Shown piece after piece: positions 28,826 to 38,300 of a stretch of DNA of 64,000 nt. Source of the DNA: Cenarchaeum sp. (GTDB lineage: Archaea; Thermoproteota; Nitrososphaeria; Nitrososphaerales; Nitrosopumilaceae). The first letter of the stretch is position 1. Every line of letters begins with the position of its first letter. The position numbers were made by a program, and so were the translations under genes. The notes beneath the pieces are model-generated. The model was given only the letters and a program-made list of their open reading frames with translations. It did not search any database and was not told where the DNA came from. The DNA lies in the NCBI GenBank assembly GCA_963693095.2, contig OY843768.1:160001-224000 (forward strand). The letters are read 5' to 3'.

Positions 28826-30208
28826 ATGAACACAAGACAACTACGCACGCTACTCCCCGTGGCCGCAGTCGCGGCAGTGGGGATGACGCTGCTAGGAAGC
28901 TCCTACACGCAGACACAGATATCGGGCATGACGCTAGACACGTCAGCACTAGACATTGACGCCATACAGCAGATCCACGACATGGGCGGCCTCAGGCTAG
29001 TCATGCCGGAGGCATTCGCACAGATGGACTGTGGCGACCTTGACACATCAGGGCGCGACATAGTCAACCTGGACCTAATCGGCGAGAGCGTAATGCTGCC
29101 GATCATGGGTCACACCGCAGAGAACCCAAAGACATTCCATGCAATGACCTTTAACGGCCAGGTGCCAGCACCTACGCTGAGGGTCACGCAGGGCGATGTT
29201 GTGAGGATGACGCTGACGATTCCGGACGGTGAACTAACGCCGCACGGCAACGACATGCACGCCTCACAGATATCGGCAACAAACTTCGATGCGGTAAACC
29301 CAGGCGAGTCAGCAACGTACTGCTACATAGCACACGTTCCAGGCGTCTTCAAGTACCACTGCTCGGGCGTTAACGTCGCGGCTATGGACCAGCACGTCCT
29401 CTCGGGCATGTATGGCATAGCCATCGTCGACCCGCTCGACGGCTACAAGAGGCTCATGGTCGAAAAGACGGCAGTAGAGAACGGAGAGGTCGTAAAGGAC
29501 AGGATGTTCTATCCGCCTGACGCACTCGAGTTCCAGCTGCAGTACAACCAGCTCTACCTGACTGACTCTGGCACATATGACAGCACGGCAATGTTCAAGC
29601 ACCAAAACACGCAGACAGTCGTCAACGGAATGCAGTTCGGATACGTCCCCAACGAGACGCACAACACCCTAGTCAAAGATGATCCCAAAAAGAACATCTT
29701 TGTGGCACAGCCATGGAACTCCGAAGACCTCGCACAGTACCAGTCGCAGCTCCTCTTCGTGGAGACCGACCAGCACGTGAGGTTCTTTGTTGAGAACCAG
29801 GGCAACGAGCCGGTGTTCTTCCACATTGTCGGCGAGATCCTAGACAGGGTCACGCAGGGCAACAGAGTCCAGTCCGGGCCTACCGAGACGTGGCTCCTTG
29901 GAGGATCGCAGAACATGATCGTCGACGTCGTCTTTGACGAACCGGGCGTATACGTCGCAGTCAACCATGACTATGCGGCGATATTCTCTGGTGCGGCGAC
30001 GATCATAGTGGCTGGAGACCCCTTTGGCCTGGTCGAAAAGCACGACCTGCCAGATGCAGTGTCCAAGTCATACGCGTATGCGCTAGGAAACCCGAGTGAC
30101 GCAGTCCCTCCGATGGGAGATCAGAGCATGGAGCACCCAATGGTGAACCTGCACGGCCTCTACACCGACGAGCGGGCTGCAGAGCTCAGCACACAGCTCG
30201 GCCTATAG
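28826..30208 (+). CDS. nirK: Copper-containing nitrite reductase (archaeal NirK)
   Basis: HGNDMH, YHCSG..M..H.LSGM, FHIVG and VNHD copper ligands; N-terminal hydrophobic leader; TATA at about 28797. Confidence 0.92.
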   Translation: MNTRQLRTLLPVAAVAAVGMTLLGSSYTQTQISGMTLDTSALDIDAIQQIHDMGGLRLVMPEAFAQMDCGDLDTSGRDIVNLDLIGESVMLPIMGHTAENPKTFHAMTFNGQVPAPTLRVTQGDVVRMTLTIPDGELTPHGNDMHASQISATNFDAVNPGESATYCYIAHVPGVFKYHCSGVNVAAMDQHVLSGMYGIAIVDPLDGYKRLMVEKTAVENGEVVKDRMFYPPDALEFQLQYNQLYLTDSGTYDSTAMFKHQNTQTVVNGMQFGYVPNETHNTLVKDDPKKNIFVAQPWNSEDLAQYQSQLLFVETDQHVRFFVENQGNEPVFFHIVGEILDRVTQGNRVQSGPTETWLLGGSQNMIVDVVFDEPGVYVAVNHDYAAIFSGAATIIVAGDPFGLVEKHDLPDAVSKSYAYALGNPSDAVPPMGDQSMEHPMVNLHGLYTDERAAELSTQLGL

Positions 30209-30278
30209 CCAACAGCACACTATCTTCATTTTTCATCTCCCAAATCGTTATAACCCGTGCGCACGCCCCTCGGCCACG

Positions 30279-31208
30279 TTGGCCGCAAACTCTGCCCTGA
30301 TATGCGACAAGGTTGACCCCATACTCAACAAGATACTCTCCGATAACGGGATTGAGGTGACCTACGAGCCAGAGATCACGCCTGAGGCCCTCCTCGAGTC
30401 AGTCGCAGACTGCACGATAATCGTCGTGCGCAGCCGCACAAAGGTGACCTCTGAGGTCATTGCGCGCGCTACGTCATGTAAGATAGTCGCGCGTGTCGGA
30501 GTCGGCCTAGACAACATCGACACTGAGGCGTGCAAGGCGCGCGAGATACGCGTCCTCAACGCAGTCGAGGGCGCGATGAACGCCGTCGCCGAGCTCGTCC
30601 TGGCTCTCATGCTCTCGATGGCACGCCAGATACCACGCGCCGATGCTGCCCTGCGCGAGGGGCGCTGGCTCAAAAAGGAGCTCGTGGGCAGCGAGCTGCG
30701 CGGCAAGTACCTCGGGATCGTCGGCATGGGCAACATTGGCAAGCGCCTCGCGCGCCTCGCGCGCTCGCTAAACATGAACATAATCGGCTATGACGTCGTG
30801 CCCATCGACGCCGAGCTCTCGCGCGAAGTTGGGCTGATGAAGGCCGACCTTGACACGCTGTTCCAGAGCTCCGACTATGTCTCGCTCCACGTGCCCCTCC
30901 TCGACTCGACGAAAAACCTCGTTGATGCGCGACGCCTTGCGATGATGAAGCCGACTGCACGCCTCATCAACACGTCGCGTGGGGGAATAGTTGACGAGGA
31001 TGCGCTATATGACGCAGTCTCATCAGGCAAGCTTGCCGGCGCGGCACTTGACGTCTTTGATGTCGAGCCGGCCACGTCTAGCCGGCTCAGGGAGCTCGAG
31101 CAGGTTGTCCTCACGCCGCACATGGGCGCGCAGACGGCCGAGGCCCAGGGACTTGCGGCCAACGTCATTGGCGAAAAGATAGTGCAGGCAGTGCGCGGCG
31201 TCATCTAG
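30279..31208 (+). CDS. serA: D-3-phosphoglycerate dehydrogenase-like 2-hydroxyacid dehydrogenase
   Basis: RVGVGLDNID, GMGNIG, NTSRGG, LDVF..EP, TPHMGAQT. Confidence 0.85.
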   Translation: MAANSALICDKVDPILNKILSDNGIEVTYEPEITPEALLESVADCTIIVVRSRTKVTSEVIARATSCKIVARVGVGLDNIDTEACKAREIRVLNAVEGAMNAVAELVLALMLSMARQIPRADAALREGRWLKKELVGSELRGKYLGIVGMGNIGKRLARLARSLNMNIIGYDVVPIDAELSREVGLMKADLDTLFQSSDYVSLHVPLLDSTKNLVDARRLAMMKPTARLINTSRGGIVDEDALYDAVSSGKLAGAALDVFDVEPATSSRLRELEQVVLTPHMGAQTAEAQGLAANVIGEKIVQAVRGVI

Positions 31209-31974
31209 CGCGGCGCGCAATTCGCGCAGCAGCGGCCCCGCCGCCGATTCCATTGTCAATGTTCACCGTTGCGAGTCCCGGCGAGCAGCTCTGCAGCATG
31301 GATGCCAGCGCGGCGGCCCCGCGGCCGGCATGGCCGTACCCGACTGACGTCGGGATGCCGATGACGGGTATGTCGACTAGCGAGGAGACTACTGTGGCGA
31401 GGGCTCCCTCCATTCCGGCCACGACAATGATCGCCCCAACGTCACCTTTGGCCATTTGCTCCACTGCCGGAAACACCCTTCCGAGGGCCGCAATCCCTAC
31501 GTCGTACTCGGTTGTGCACTTGCAGTCCATGGCCTCGCACATGAGGCGGGCCTCCTCGGCGACGCCAATGTCTGACGTGCCGGCGGCCATTATGCCGACG
31601 CGCCCGAGCACGCGCCGCCTGCGCCCCTTTTTTGCCAGCACGGCAGTCGAGCGGCGCGCAAGCGTGACGCTTGCGCCCAGTGACCTGAGGTGGGCTGCCA
31701 GCGCACCCCTCTCCCTTGCGCGAACCCTTGACACCAGCGCGACGCCCGAGCTCTTGAGGAGCCTTGATGCTATGGCCCTAGTCTCGGCTGCAGTCTTTGT
31801 CGAGGCGAGGACTACCTCGGGTGCGCCGGTTCGATCGCGCCTTGATGTGTCAACGCGCGCAAACCCGCCTACGCGCTCTATGGAGTTGAGCGAGATTAGC
31901 GTTCGTGCGCGCTGCGCGCCGATGCGCCCTGACTGCAGCGACTCTAGTATCTCGTCGAGCTCCATCGCGCGCAT
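31201..31974 (-). CDS. larB: Nickel-pincer cofactor biosynthesis protein LarB
   Basis: AGTSD..VAEEA, DVG, AGMEGAL, PTSVGYG, NIDNG. Confidence 0.9.
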   Translation of the reverse strand: MRAMELDEILESLQSGRIGAQRARTLISLNSIERVGGFARVDTSRRDRTGAPEVVLASTKTAAETRAIASRLLKSSGVALVSRVRARERGALAAHLRSLGASVTLARRSTAVLAKKGRRRRVLGRVGIMAAGTSDIGVAEEARLMCEAMDCKCTTEYDVGIAALGRVFPAVEQMAKGDVGAIIVVAGMEGALATVVSSLVDIPVIGIPTSVGYGHAGRGAAALASMLQSCSPGLATVNIDNGIGGGAAAARIARRAR

Positions 31975-31996
31975 TCTGAGCTGTGCGGATAAATAC

Positions 31997-32905
31997 CTAG
32001 ATGCCGGCTATGGCCGCCTTTACGCTAGCTGCTGCAGCATCAAGGACACCGCGCTCGGCCTCGTCCAGGTCGAGCTCGACTATGCTCTCTACGCCGTTGC
32101 GCCCTATGATGGCCGGCACGCCAAGCGCAATTCCCGAATGACCATACTCGCCCTCGAGGGGAGTCGAGACCGGTATGAGCTGCTTTTTGTCGCGCACGAT
32201 CGACTCGATGAGCGCGGCTATGGCGTTTCCGGGGGCGTGAACAGTCGCGCCCTTTAGGGATATGACCTTGGCGGCGACCTTTTTTGTCGACTCTACGATC
32301 TCGTCTAGCTTTTCGCGCGGGAGCATGTCAGTCAGCGGTATTCCGGAGACTGAGGAATGGCGGACGAGGGGCAGCATGTTCACGCCGTGCTCGCCGATGA
32401 CTAGCCCCCTTATCGAGTCGCGCGACTTGCCAGTTGCCCCGTGTATGAACTCCCTAAAGCGCGACAGGTCAAGCATCCCGCCCATGCCCACGATGCGGCT
32501 CCTCTCAAAGCCTGACTCCTTGTGGGCCACGTGAACCATGGGATCAAGCGGGTTTGTCACCGGTATTATGATCGAGTCTGGCGCGTGCCTTTTCGTCTCG
32601 GCCACGACGCTTGTGACGACCTTTGAGTTTATCTTTAGGAGGTCCATGCGCGTCATGCCGGGCTTGCGACCTGCGCCGGCCACGACGACCACAATGTCCG
32701 AACCGGCCATCTCGGCATAGTCGTTGGAGCCGCGGACATTGACGTCGATTCCCAGCTCGGCTAGCGCGTGGCTCGTGTCCATCGCCTCGCCCTGCGGGAG
32801 GCCTTCTGCAATGTCGAGGAGGAGTATCTCGGTGTCTAGCCTGCGCAGCGCGCTAAAGAGGGCAGCGTCGCCGCCGACCTTGCCAGAGCCCACAATCGTG
32901 ATCAT
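31997..32905 (-). CDS. mdh: Malate dehydrogenase (LDH-like)
   Basis: [33 protein letters not shown]. Confidence 0.92.
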   Translation of the reverse strand: MITIVGSGKVGGDAALFSALRRLDTEILLLDIAEGLPQGEAMDTSHALAELGIDVNVRGSNDYAEMAGSDIVVVVAGAGRKPGMTRMDLLKINSKVVTSVVAETKRHAPDSIIIPVTNPLDPMVHVAHKESGFERSRIVGMGGMLDLSRFREFIHGATGKSRDSIRGLVIGEHGVNMLPLVRHSSVSGIPLTDMLPREKLDEIVESTKKVAAKVISLKGATVHAPGNAIAALIESIVRDKKQLIPVSTPLEGEYGHSGIALGVPAIIGRNGVESIVELDLDEAERGVLDAAAASVKAAIAGI

Positions 32906-33012
32906 CTGTGCGCAGGGGCTCTGTGCTGCGTAATTAAACCTAGTGTGGTCTTTGAGTGTGGGGCCGGCACCCATGTCAGCCTATGCCCGAATAGGCGTAG
33001 CGGCCAAGTAAA

Positions 33013-33050
33013 CCGGCAGAATCAACGCCCATTTGACCAAATGGACATTG
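33013..33050. repeat. Partial copy of the palindromic element
   Basis: CCGGCAGAATCAACGCCCATTTGACCAAATGGACA; near reverse complement of 35036-35071. Confidence 0.75.
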
Positions 33051-33051
33051 C

Positions 33052-33651
33052 CTAGAGTGAGAATTCTCGATATTCTTGTGCCTGCGCGCTCTGTGTTCCG
33101 AGCAGAGACCCCGCAATGTCATCATACACCCTGGGCACGCGCTCTTGGTTGATTATGAACCAGCCGCGCGCCTCCTCGATCATCTCCTCGCGCGTGAGCG
33201 TCCTGCCCCCTGCGCGCATCTTGTCCTCAATATAGCACAGCGTCGAGGCGATCTCGAGCCACTCGACGTCATCGATGCGCTCGCGCGCGAGCTCAACAAA
33301 CTCTTCTCTGCGGCTCCATTCCTGCGCGGGCTCTGAGTGCAGGTCCTTGAGCCCCCAGATGTCAACCTCGAACCCAAACGCGTGGGGGCTGGTCATGCTC
33401 CAGTCATAGACGTACCTCTCCAGGTTGGGGCAGTCGAGCCTATGCTTTGCAAAGTAGACGAGTATGTTCAGGGACAGGCGCGTGGCGTTGCTCTTCCAGC
33501 TCTGATACATGTCGCACGGGATGACGCCGGCGTCACAGAGGACATGAAGTATGGGAACCGGGGATCCAGGGACGATCATGCCCCCGTTGGGGAGCGACTC
33601 GGTCGGCACCATCCTGTACCCCTCGACATTGACGTATCCCCGATCCTGCAT
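33052..33651 (-). CDS. Degenerate YwgA/Panacea-like protein, copy 1
   Basis: LNILVYF...YVYDW...PHA...D and WLEIASTLCYI, echoing LQKLVY / GPYS / LEL.AT. Confidence 0.55.
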   Translation of the reverse strand: MQDRGYVNVEGYRMVPTESLPNGGMIVPGSPVPILHVLCDAGVIPCDMYQSWKSNATRLSLNILVYFAKHRLDCPNLERYVYDWSMTSPHAFGFEVDIWGLKDLHSEPAQEWSRREEFVELARERIDDVEWLEIASTLCYIEDKMRAGGRTLTREEMIEEARGWFIINQERVPRVYDDIAGSLLGTQSAQAQEYREFSL

Positions 33652-33805
33652 CGGACAGGAAACGGCCCCTGGAGCTTATAATCCTATCCTGAGATACTGC
33701 TTTAACCACGAATGTGCACGGGCAGTCGTCTCCCAAAGACTGACTACCGGATGGTGGAGTATTCGGGATTGGCCGCCATCTCTGCCACATGGCACAATAT
33801 CTGGG

Positions 33806-34396
33806 CTATGCGCGCGCTAGATCCTCGCGCACGTTCTTGCCCCGTGTCTCTCTAATGTACTTGGATATTTTCATTGCAGACCCTTGAATCCACTGGATAT
33901 CGGAGACGTGGACGGTGTCTTTTTGCAGGTTGCTTATCATCTGATCGACTATACGGAGCGGCTTTGTCTTGAAGCTGCGCTCCACCCTGGCGCTGACCAC
34001 TGCACTCTTTATGCTATAGACGTGCATTATGAACATCACCCTGTGGTGATCTGGGACAGTTGCCCTTTGTGGTTCTATAGACGACTTGAAGAGTGCCTCT
34101 ATGGTACGCTGGCACATCTTGTGCAGGGTTGATAGTGACTGGAGCACAGAGTCAGTCTCCTCGCCATACCGAAACCTCTCTGCCTGTTGGGTTATCGTGT
34201 AGCTGAACACGCCTAGCACGTATGCATAGTATCCGCATATGACGGCCACCCCTAGCGCCATCAGGGACGTTAGCAGCGAAATGGCGCCATAGACGCTTCC
34301 TGTTGCGATCAGCGTGCTCCAATAGATCGCCACTAGCCCGCCGCCTATGACTCCGGCGGGAAGCATTCCCAGGGTGAGAATTCTTGATATTCTCAT
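33806..34396 (-). CDS. Hypothetical membrane protein (two N-terminal TM helices plus helical soluble domain)
   Basis: ATGA overlap with the stop of the 34393-34968 gene. Confidence 0.65.
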   Translation of the reverse strand: MRISRILTLGMLPAGVIGGGLVAIYWSTLIATGSVYGAISLLTSLMALGVAVICGYYAYVLGVFSYTITQQAERFRYGEETDSVLQSLSTLHKMCQRTIEALFKSSIEPQRATVPDHHRVMFIMHVYSIKSAVVSARVERSFKTKPLRIVDQMISNLQKDTVHVSDIQWIQGSAMKISKYIRETRGKNVREDLARA

Positions 34397-34968
34397 GGCT
34401 GTGTACCCCCAGTTCCGAGCAGCGACCCCACAATGTCGTCGTACACCTTGGGCACGCGCTCTTGGTTGATTATGAACCAGTTGTGCGCCTCCTCGATCAT
34501 CTCCTCGCGCGTGAGCGTCCTGGACTCTGCGCGCATCTTGTCTTCAATGTAGCACAGCGTCGAGGCGATCTCGAGCCACTCGACGTCATCGATGCGCTCG
34601 CGCGCAAGCTTGACAAACTCTTCGCTCCTGTCCCACTCTTGCGCGGGCTCTGTGTGCAGGTCCCTGAGCCCCCAGATGTCAACCTCGAACCCAAACGCGT
34701 GCGGGCTAGTCATGCCCCAGTCATAGACATACCTCTCCAGGTTGGGGCAGCCAAGCCTGTGCTTTGCAAAGTAGACGAGTATGTTCAGGGCCAGGGACAC
34801 GGCGTTGCTCTTCCAGCTCTGATACATGTCGCACGGGATGACGCCGGCGTCACAGAGGACGTGGAGTATGGGAACCGGGGATCCAGGGACGATCACGCCC
34901 CCGTTGGGGATCGACTCAGTAGGCACCATCCGGTATCCCTCGGCATTGACGTATCCCTGATCCTGCAT
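34393..34968 (-). CDS. Degenerate YwgA/Panacea-like protein, copy 2
   Basis: Near-identical paralog of 33052-33651. Confidence 0.55.
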   Translation of the reverse strand: MQDQGYVNAEGYRMVPTESIPNGGVIVPGSPVPILHVLCDAGVIPCDMYQSWKSNAVSLALNILVYFAKHRLGCPNLERYVYDWGMTSPHAFGFEVDIWGLRDLHTEPAQEWDRSEEFVKLARERIDDVEWLEIASTLCYIEDKMRAESRTLTREEMIEEAHNWFIINQERVPKVYDDIVGSLLGTGGTQP

Positions 34969-35017
34969 CGGACAGGAAGCGACCCCTGGAGCTTATAATC
35001 CTACCCTGAGATCCTGC

Positions 35018-35071
35018 GTATGGGAGCCGACACCACTGCCCATTCGGTCAAATGGGCATTGATCCTGCCGG
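35018..35071. repeat. Partial copy of the palindromic element with a degenerate terminal repeat
   Basis: GTATGGGAGCCGACACC followed by GCCCATTCGGTCAAATGGGC and ATTGATCCTGCCGG. Confidence 0.75.
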
Positions 35072-35137
35072 TGCGCTGGCATTATCATCGGCCACGCCCA
35101 CAACAATTTATATCATTTTTGTCGCGCACGGCCAGCC

Positions 35138-36352
35138 ATGGCGCTAGTCATAGACGCACAGGTTGCCGGAATATCCGGAGACATGCTCCTGTGCTCGCTG
35201 GTTCACATGGGGGCCGACCCCGCAAGGATAGAGTCTGCGCTCATGCGTGCGGCCTCTGGCCTCCAGGGCGAGGAGGTCAAGGGCATCTCCTTTGAGCGCG
35301 TGAGGCGCCATGGGCTCGAGGCTACTGCGCTGCGCGTTGACTCGTCTGGCGCGCCACACTCGCGCGCCGCCTCGGAGCTCGCAGCGCACATTGCGTCCTC
35401 GGCCGCATCATGCAAGATATCAGGGCAGGCCGCCTCGTTTGCCTCGCAGAGCGTCCAGACGCTCATCGCCGCCGAGTCGGCAGTTCACGGCGTTGGCGCA
35501 TCGTCGGTTCACCTCCACGAGGCTGCCGGAGTCGACACGCTCATTGACATACTCGGCACGGCAATTGCACTCGATGACCTGGGCCTCCTCTCGGAGCGCA
35601 TAACATGCACCCCCGTGGCAGTCGGCGGGGGACTCTTAGAGTTCTCACACGGCGTCGCATCCAACCCCGCCGGCGCGATACTCGAGATATTCCGCCGACG
35701 CGGCATTGAGATCCGCGGCGGGCCGGCCGGCGTGGAGCTCACGACACCGACTGGCGCTAGCATGCTCGTCAACCTCGCCTCCTCGTGCGAGCGGTTCTAC
35801 CCGCCACTCTCGCCGACTGGCATCGGATATGGCGCCGGCAGCGCCGAGCACGACGCGTTTGCAAACGTTCTCAAGGTCGTGCGCGGGACCGAGTCTGCCG
35901 CGCTTGCAGCCGACACGGTCCGCGTGCTTGAGACCAACCTCGATGACGTCACCGGCGAGCTCCTCGGCCACGTCATCGACGAGCTCATGCGCAAGGGTGC
36001 GCATGACGTGACTGTCTCGCCGGCGGTCACAAAAAAGGGGCGGCCCGCAAGCTTGCTGACTGCAATATGCGACGCGCGCTCGTATGATGACGTGCTGCGC
36101 GCGCTAGTCGAGGAGACCGGAACGCTCGGCGTGCGCGTGCGCGACTCGAACAGGGTTGTCGCAAGGAGGGACTCGGCGACTGTCAGGGTCACCGTGGAGG
36201 GCAGGCAGTTCGATGTGCGCCACAAGGCAGCGCGCGGTGGCATTCCAAAGGTGGAGCACGACGACGTGGCCCGCGTGGCCTCTGAGCTCGGCATGCCGCT
36301 GAGGAGAGCACGCCGCCTCCTCGATGATGCCGTGTCAGGGGGTCGGCAATGA
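35138..36352 (+). CDS. larC: Nickel insertion protein LarC
   Basis: GISGDM, AES.VHG..VHLHE, ELTTPTG, ETNLDD..GE, TGTLGVR. Confidence 0.92.
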   Translation: MALVIDAQVAGISGDMLLCSLVHMGADPARIESALMRAASGLQGEEVKGISFERVRRHGLEATALRVDSSGAPHSRAASELAAHIASSAASCKISGQAASFASQSVQTLIAAESAVHGVGASSVHLHEAAGVDTLIDILGTAIALDDLGLLSERITCTPVAVGGGLLEFSHGVASNPAGAILEIFRRRGIEIRGGPAGVELTTPTGASMLVNLASSCERFYPPLSPTGIGYGAGSAEHDAFANVLKVVRGTESAALAADTVRVLETNLDDVTGELLGHVIDELMRKGAHDVTVSPAVTKKGRPASLLTAICDARSYDDVLRALVEETGTLGVRVRDSNRVVARRDSATVRVTVEGRQFDVRHKAARGGIPKVEHDDVARVASELGMPLRRARRLLDDAVSGGRQ

Positions 36353-37146
36353 CGCGCATCGCCGCGCTGCGATCGTGGTTTGAGGGCCATGACTGCCCGC
36401 TAGTGGCGCTCTCTGGCGGCGTCGACAGCGCGCTAGTCGCCCACGCGGCCCACTCGGTGACGCCCCGCGCAATCGCGTTCACGGCCGACTATCAGGCGCT
36501 GCCTCGCGAGGATCTCGAGGCGGCGCGCAAGACGTGCGACGAGATTGGCATCGAGCACATGGTCGTGCAGTACGACGAGCTCCTCAACGAGTCCTATGCG
36601 ACAAACACGCCTGACCGCTGCTTTCACTGCCGCACAGAGCTCGGCGAGCGCCTAGTCGAGGCCGCGCGGCGCGTCACTGCCGATGTCATAGTCGACGGGA
36701 CGCATCTCGATGACATGGGCGACTATCGTCCCGGCCTTGAGGCCATGCGCGCTGCCGGCGTGCGCAGCCCGCTCGCCGAGTCTGGACTCACAAAGGACGA
36801 CGTGCGCGAGTGCGCGCGCGCCGTCGGGCTCTCGGCGTGCGACAGGCCTGCCAACTCGTGCCTCGCCTCGCGGATACCGTGGGGCCGGCGCGTCACTGCC
36901 GAGAGGCTCGCGCGCATAGAGCTTGCCGAGAGGATTGTGCGCCAGGCCACGGGCATTGGCATCGTGCGCGTTCGCGACACGGGTGATGAGACTGCGCGCA
37001 TCGAGGTTCCGCACGACAGCATCGGTGAGCTGCGGCGCTCGATGGACTCGCAGATATCGCCGCGCCTGCGCACACTGGGGTACCTCGAGGTGAGCGTGAG
37101 CGAGCGCGGATACTCGCAGGGCGGGGCAAACGCGGGGGCGCAATGA
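36349..37146 (+). CDS. larE: ATP-dependent sulfur transferase LarE
   Basis: PP-loop SGGVDS, RCFHCR, DYRPG, SCLASRIP. Confidence 0.92.
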   Translation: MTRIAALRSWFEGHDCPLVALSGGVDSALVAHAAHSVTPRAIAFTADYQALPREDLEAARKTCDEIGIEHMVVQYDELLNESYATNTPDRCFHCRTELGERLVEAARRVTADVIVDGTHLDDMGDYRPGLEAMRAAGVRSPLAESGLTKDDVRECARAVGLSACDRPANSCLASRIPWGRRVTAERLARIELAERIVRQATGIGIVRVRDTGDETARIEVPHDSIGELRRSMDSQISPRLRTLGYLEVSVSERGYSQGGANAGAQ

Positions 37147-38300
37147 TCTACCTCGACAATGCCGCATCGACGCCGATCCACGAGATCGTCCTTGAGGCGA
37201 TGATGCCGCACCTGAGCGCCGGCTATGGCAACCCGTCATCGATCCACCGCAGCGGGCGCGATGCGGCACGCGCAATCACTGCGGCGCGCGCACAGGTCGC
37301 GGCCCTCATTGGCGCCGCACCGCACGAGATCATATTCACGTCGGGCGGGACCGAGTCCAACAACATGGCGATACTCGGCCTCGCGCGCGCGCAGCCGAAC
37401 TCGCATGTGATAACGACGCAGATCGAGCACGAGGCGGTTCTTGAGCCGTGCGCGCTCCTCGAGTCAGAGGGCCACGATGTCACGCGCGTGCGTGCCGGCC
37501 ATGACGGGATCGTCGATCCGGCCGACGTTGCGTCTGCGATGACTGACAGGACATCGCTCGTGTCAGTCATGACGGCCAACAACGAGGTCGGCACGGTTCA
37601 GGACATTGCATCGATCGCCTCTGAGTGCGCGCGTCGCGGCGTGCCCCTCCACACCGACGCGGTCCAGGCAGTCGGCAAGATGCCAGTCAATGTCGTGGCG
37701 CTAGGCGTCTCGCTCCTCTCGCTCTCTTCGCACAAGATCAACGGCCCAAAGGGCGCTGGCGCCCTCTATGTGCGCGATGGCCTGCGCCCGTCGCCGATCG
37801 TGCGCGGCGGAGGACAGGAACGCGGCGTGCGCTCTGGAACCGAGAACGTCGCGGCGATCGTCGGCCTGGGGGCGGCGTGCGCGCTCGCCTCGGCACAGAT
37901 GGCCGATGACGCCACGCGCGTGGCTGCTATGCGCGACGCGCTAGTCGCCGGCGTCAGGGCGCGAATACCGCACTCGTCGCTCAACGGCGATGCCGCAAGG
38001 CGCCTGCCGGGCAACGCGCACTTTGCGTTCCTTGGCATCCAGGGCGAGGACCTGATAATAAAGCTCGACGAGTGCGGCGTCGCAGCATCGACTGGCTCGG
38101 CGTGCTCGATACACACGCAAAAAGAGTCGCACGTCCTGCGCGCGATGGGCATGGGCAAGGAGGCAATCGACGGCTCGCTGCGAATGACTGTCGGCCCGCA
38201 GAACACGCAGGCCGAGATCGACTCGGCCATAGGCGCACTCGAGTCATGCGTCGCGGATCTTCGGCGTGTCTCGCCGTTTAGGCAAAAGTACGGGTTTTAG
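37143..38300 (+). CDS. iscS: Cysteine desulfurase (IscS/NifS)
   Basis: YLDNAAST, GNPSS.H, FTSGGTESNN, SSHKINGPKG, STGSAC. Confidence 0.92.
   Translation: MIYLDNAASTPIHEIVLEAMMPHLSAGYGNPSSIHRSGRDAARAITAARAQVAALIGAAPHEIIFTSGGTESNNMAILGLARAQPNSHVITTQIEHEAVLEPCALLESEGHDVTRVRAGHDGIVDPADVASAMTDRTSLVSVMTANNEVGTVQDIASIASECARRGVPLHTDAVQAVGKMPVNVVALGVSLLSLSSHKINGPKGAGALYVRDGLRPSPIVRGGGQERGVRSGTENVAAIVGLGAACALASAQMADDATRVAAMRDALVAGVRARIPHSSLNGDAARRLPGNAHFAFLGIQGEDLIIKLDECGVAASTGSACSIHTQKESHVLRAMGMGKEAIDGSLRMTVGPQNTQAEIDSAIGALESCVADLRRVSPFRQKYGF

Larger units (their letters stand above)
33054..35017. repeat. 647-bp direct duplication (33054-33700 and 34371-35017; period 1317 bp)
   Basis: Both ends align at the same offset; each copy includes the gene and its TTATAA promoter. 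Confidence 0.92.
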
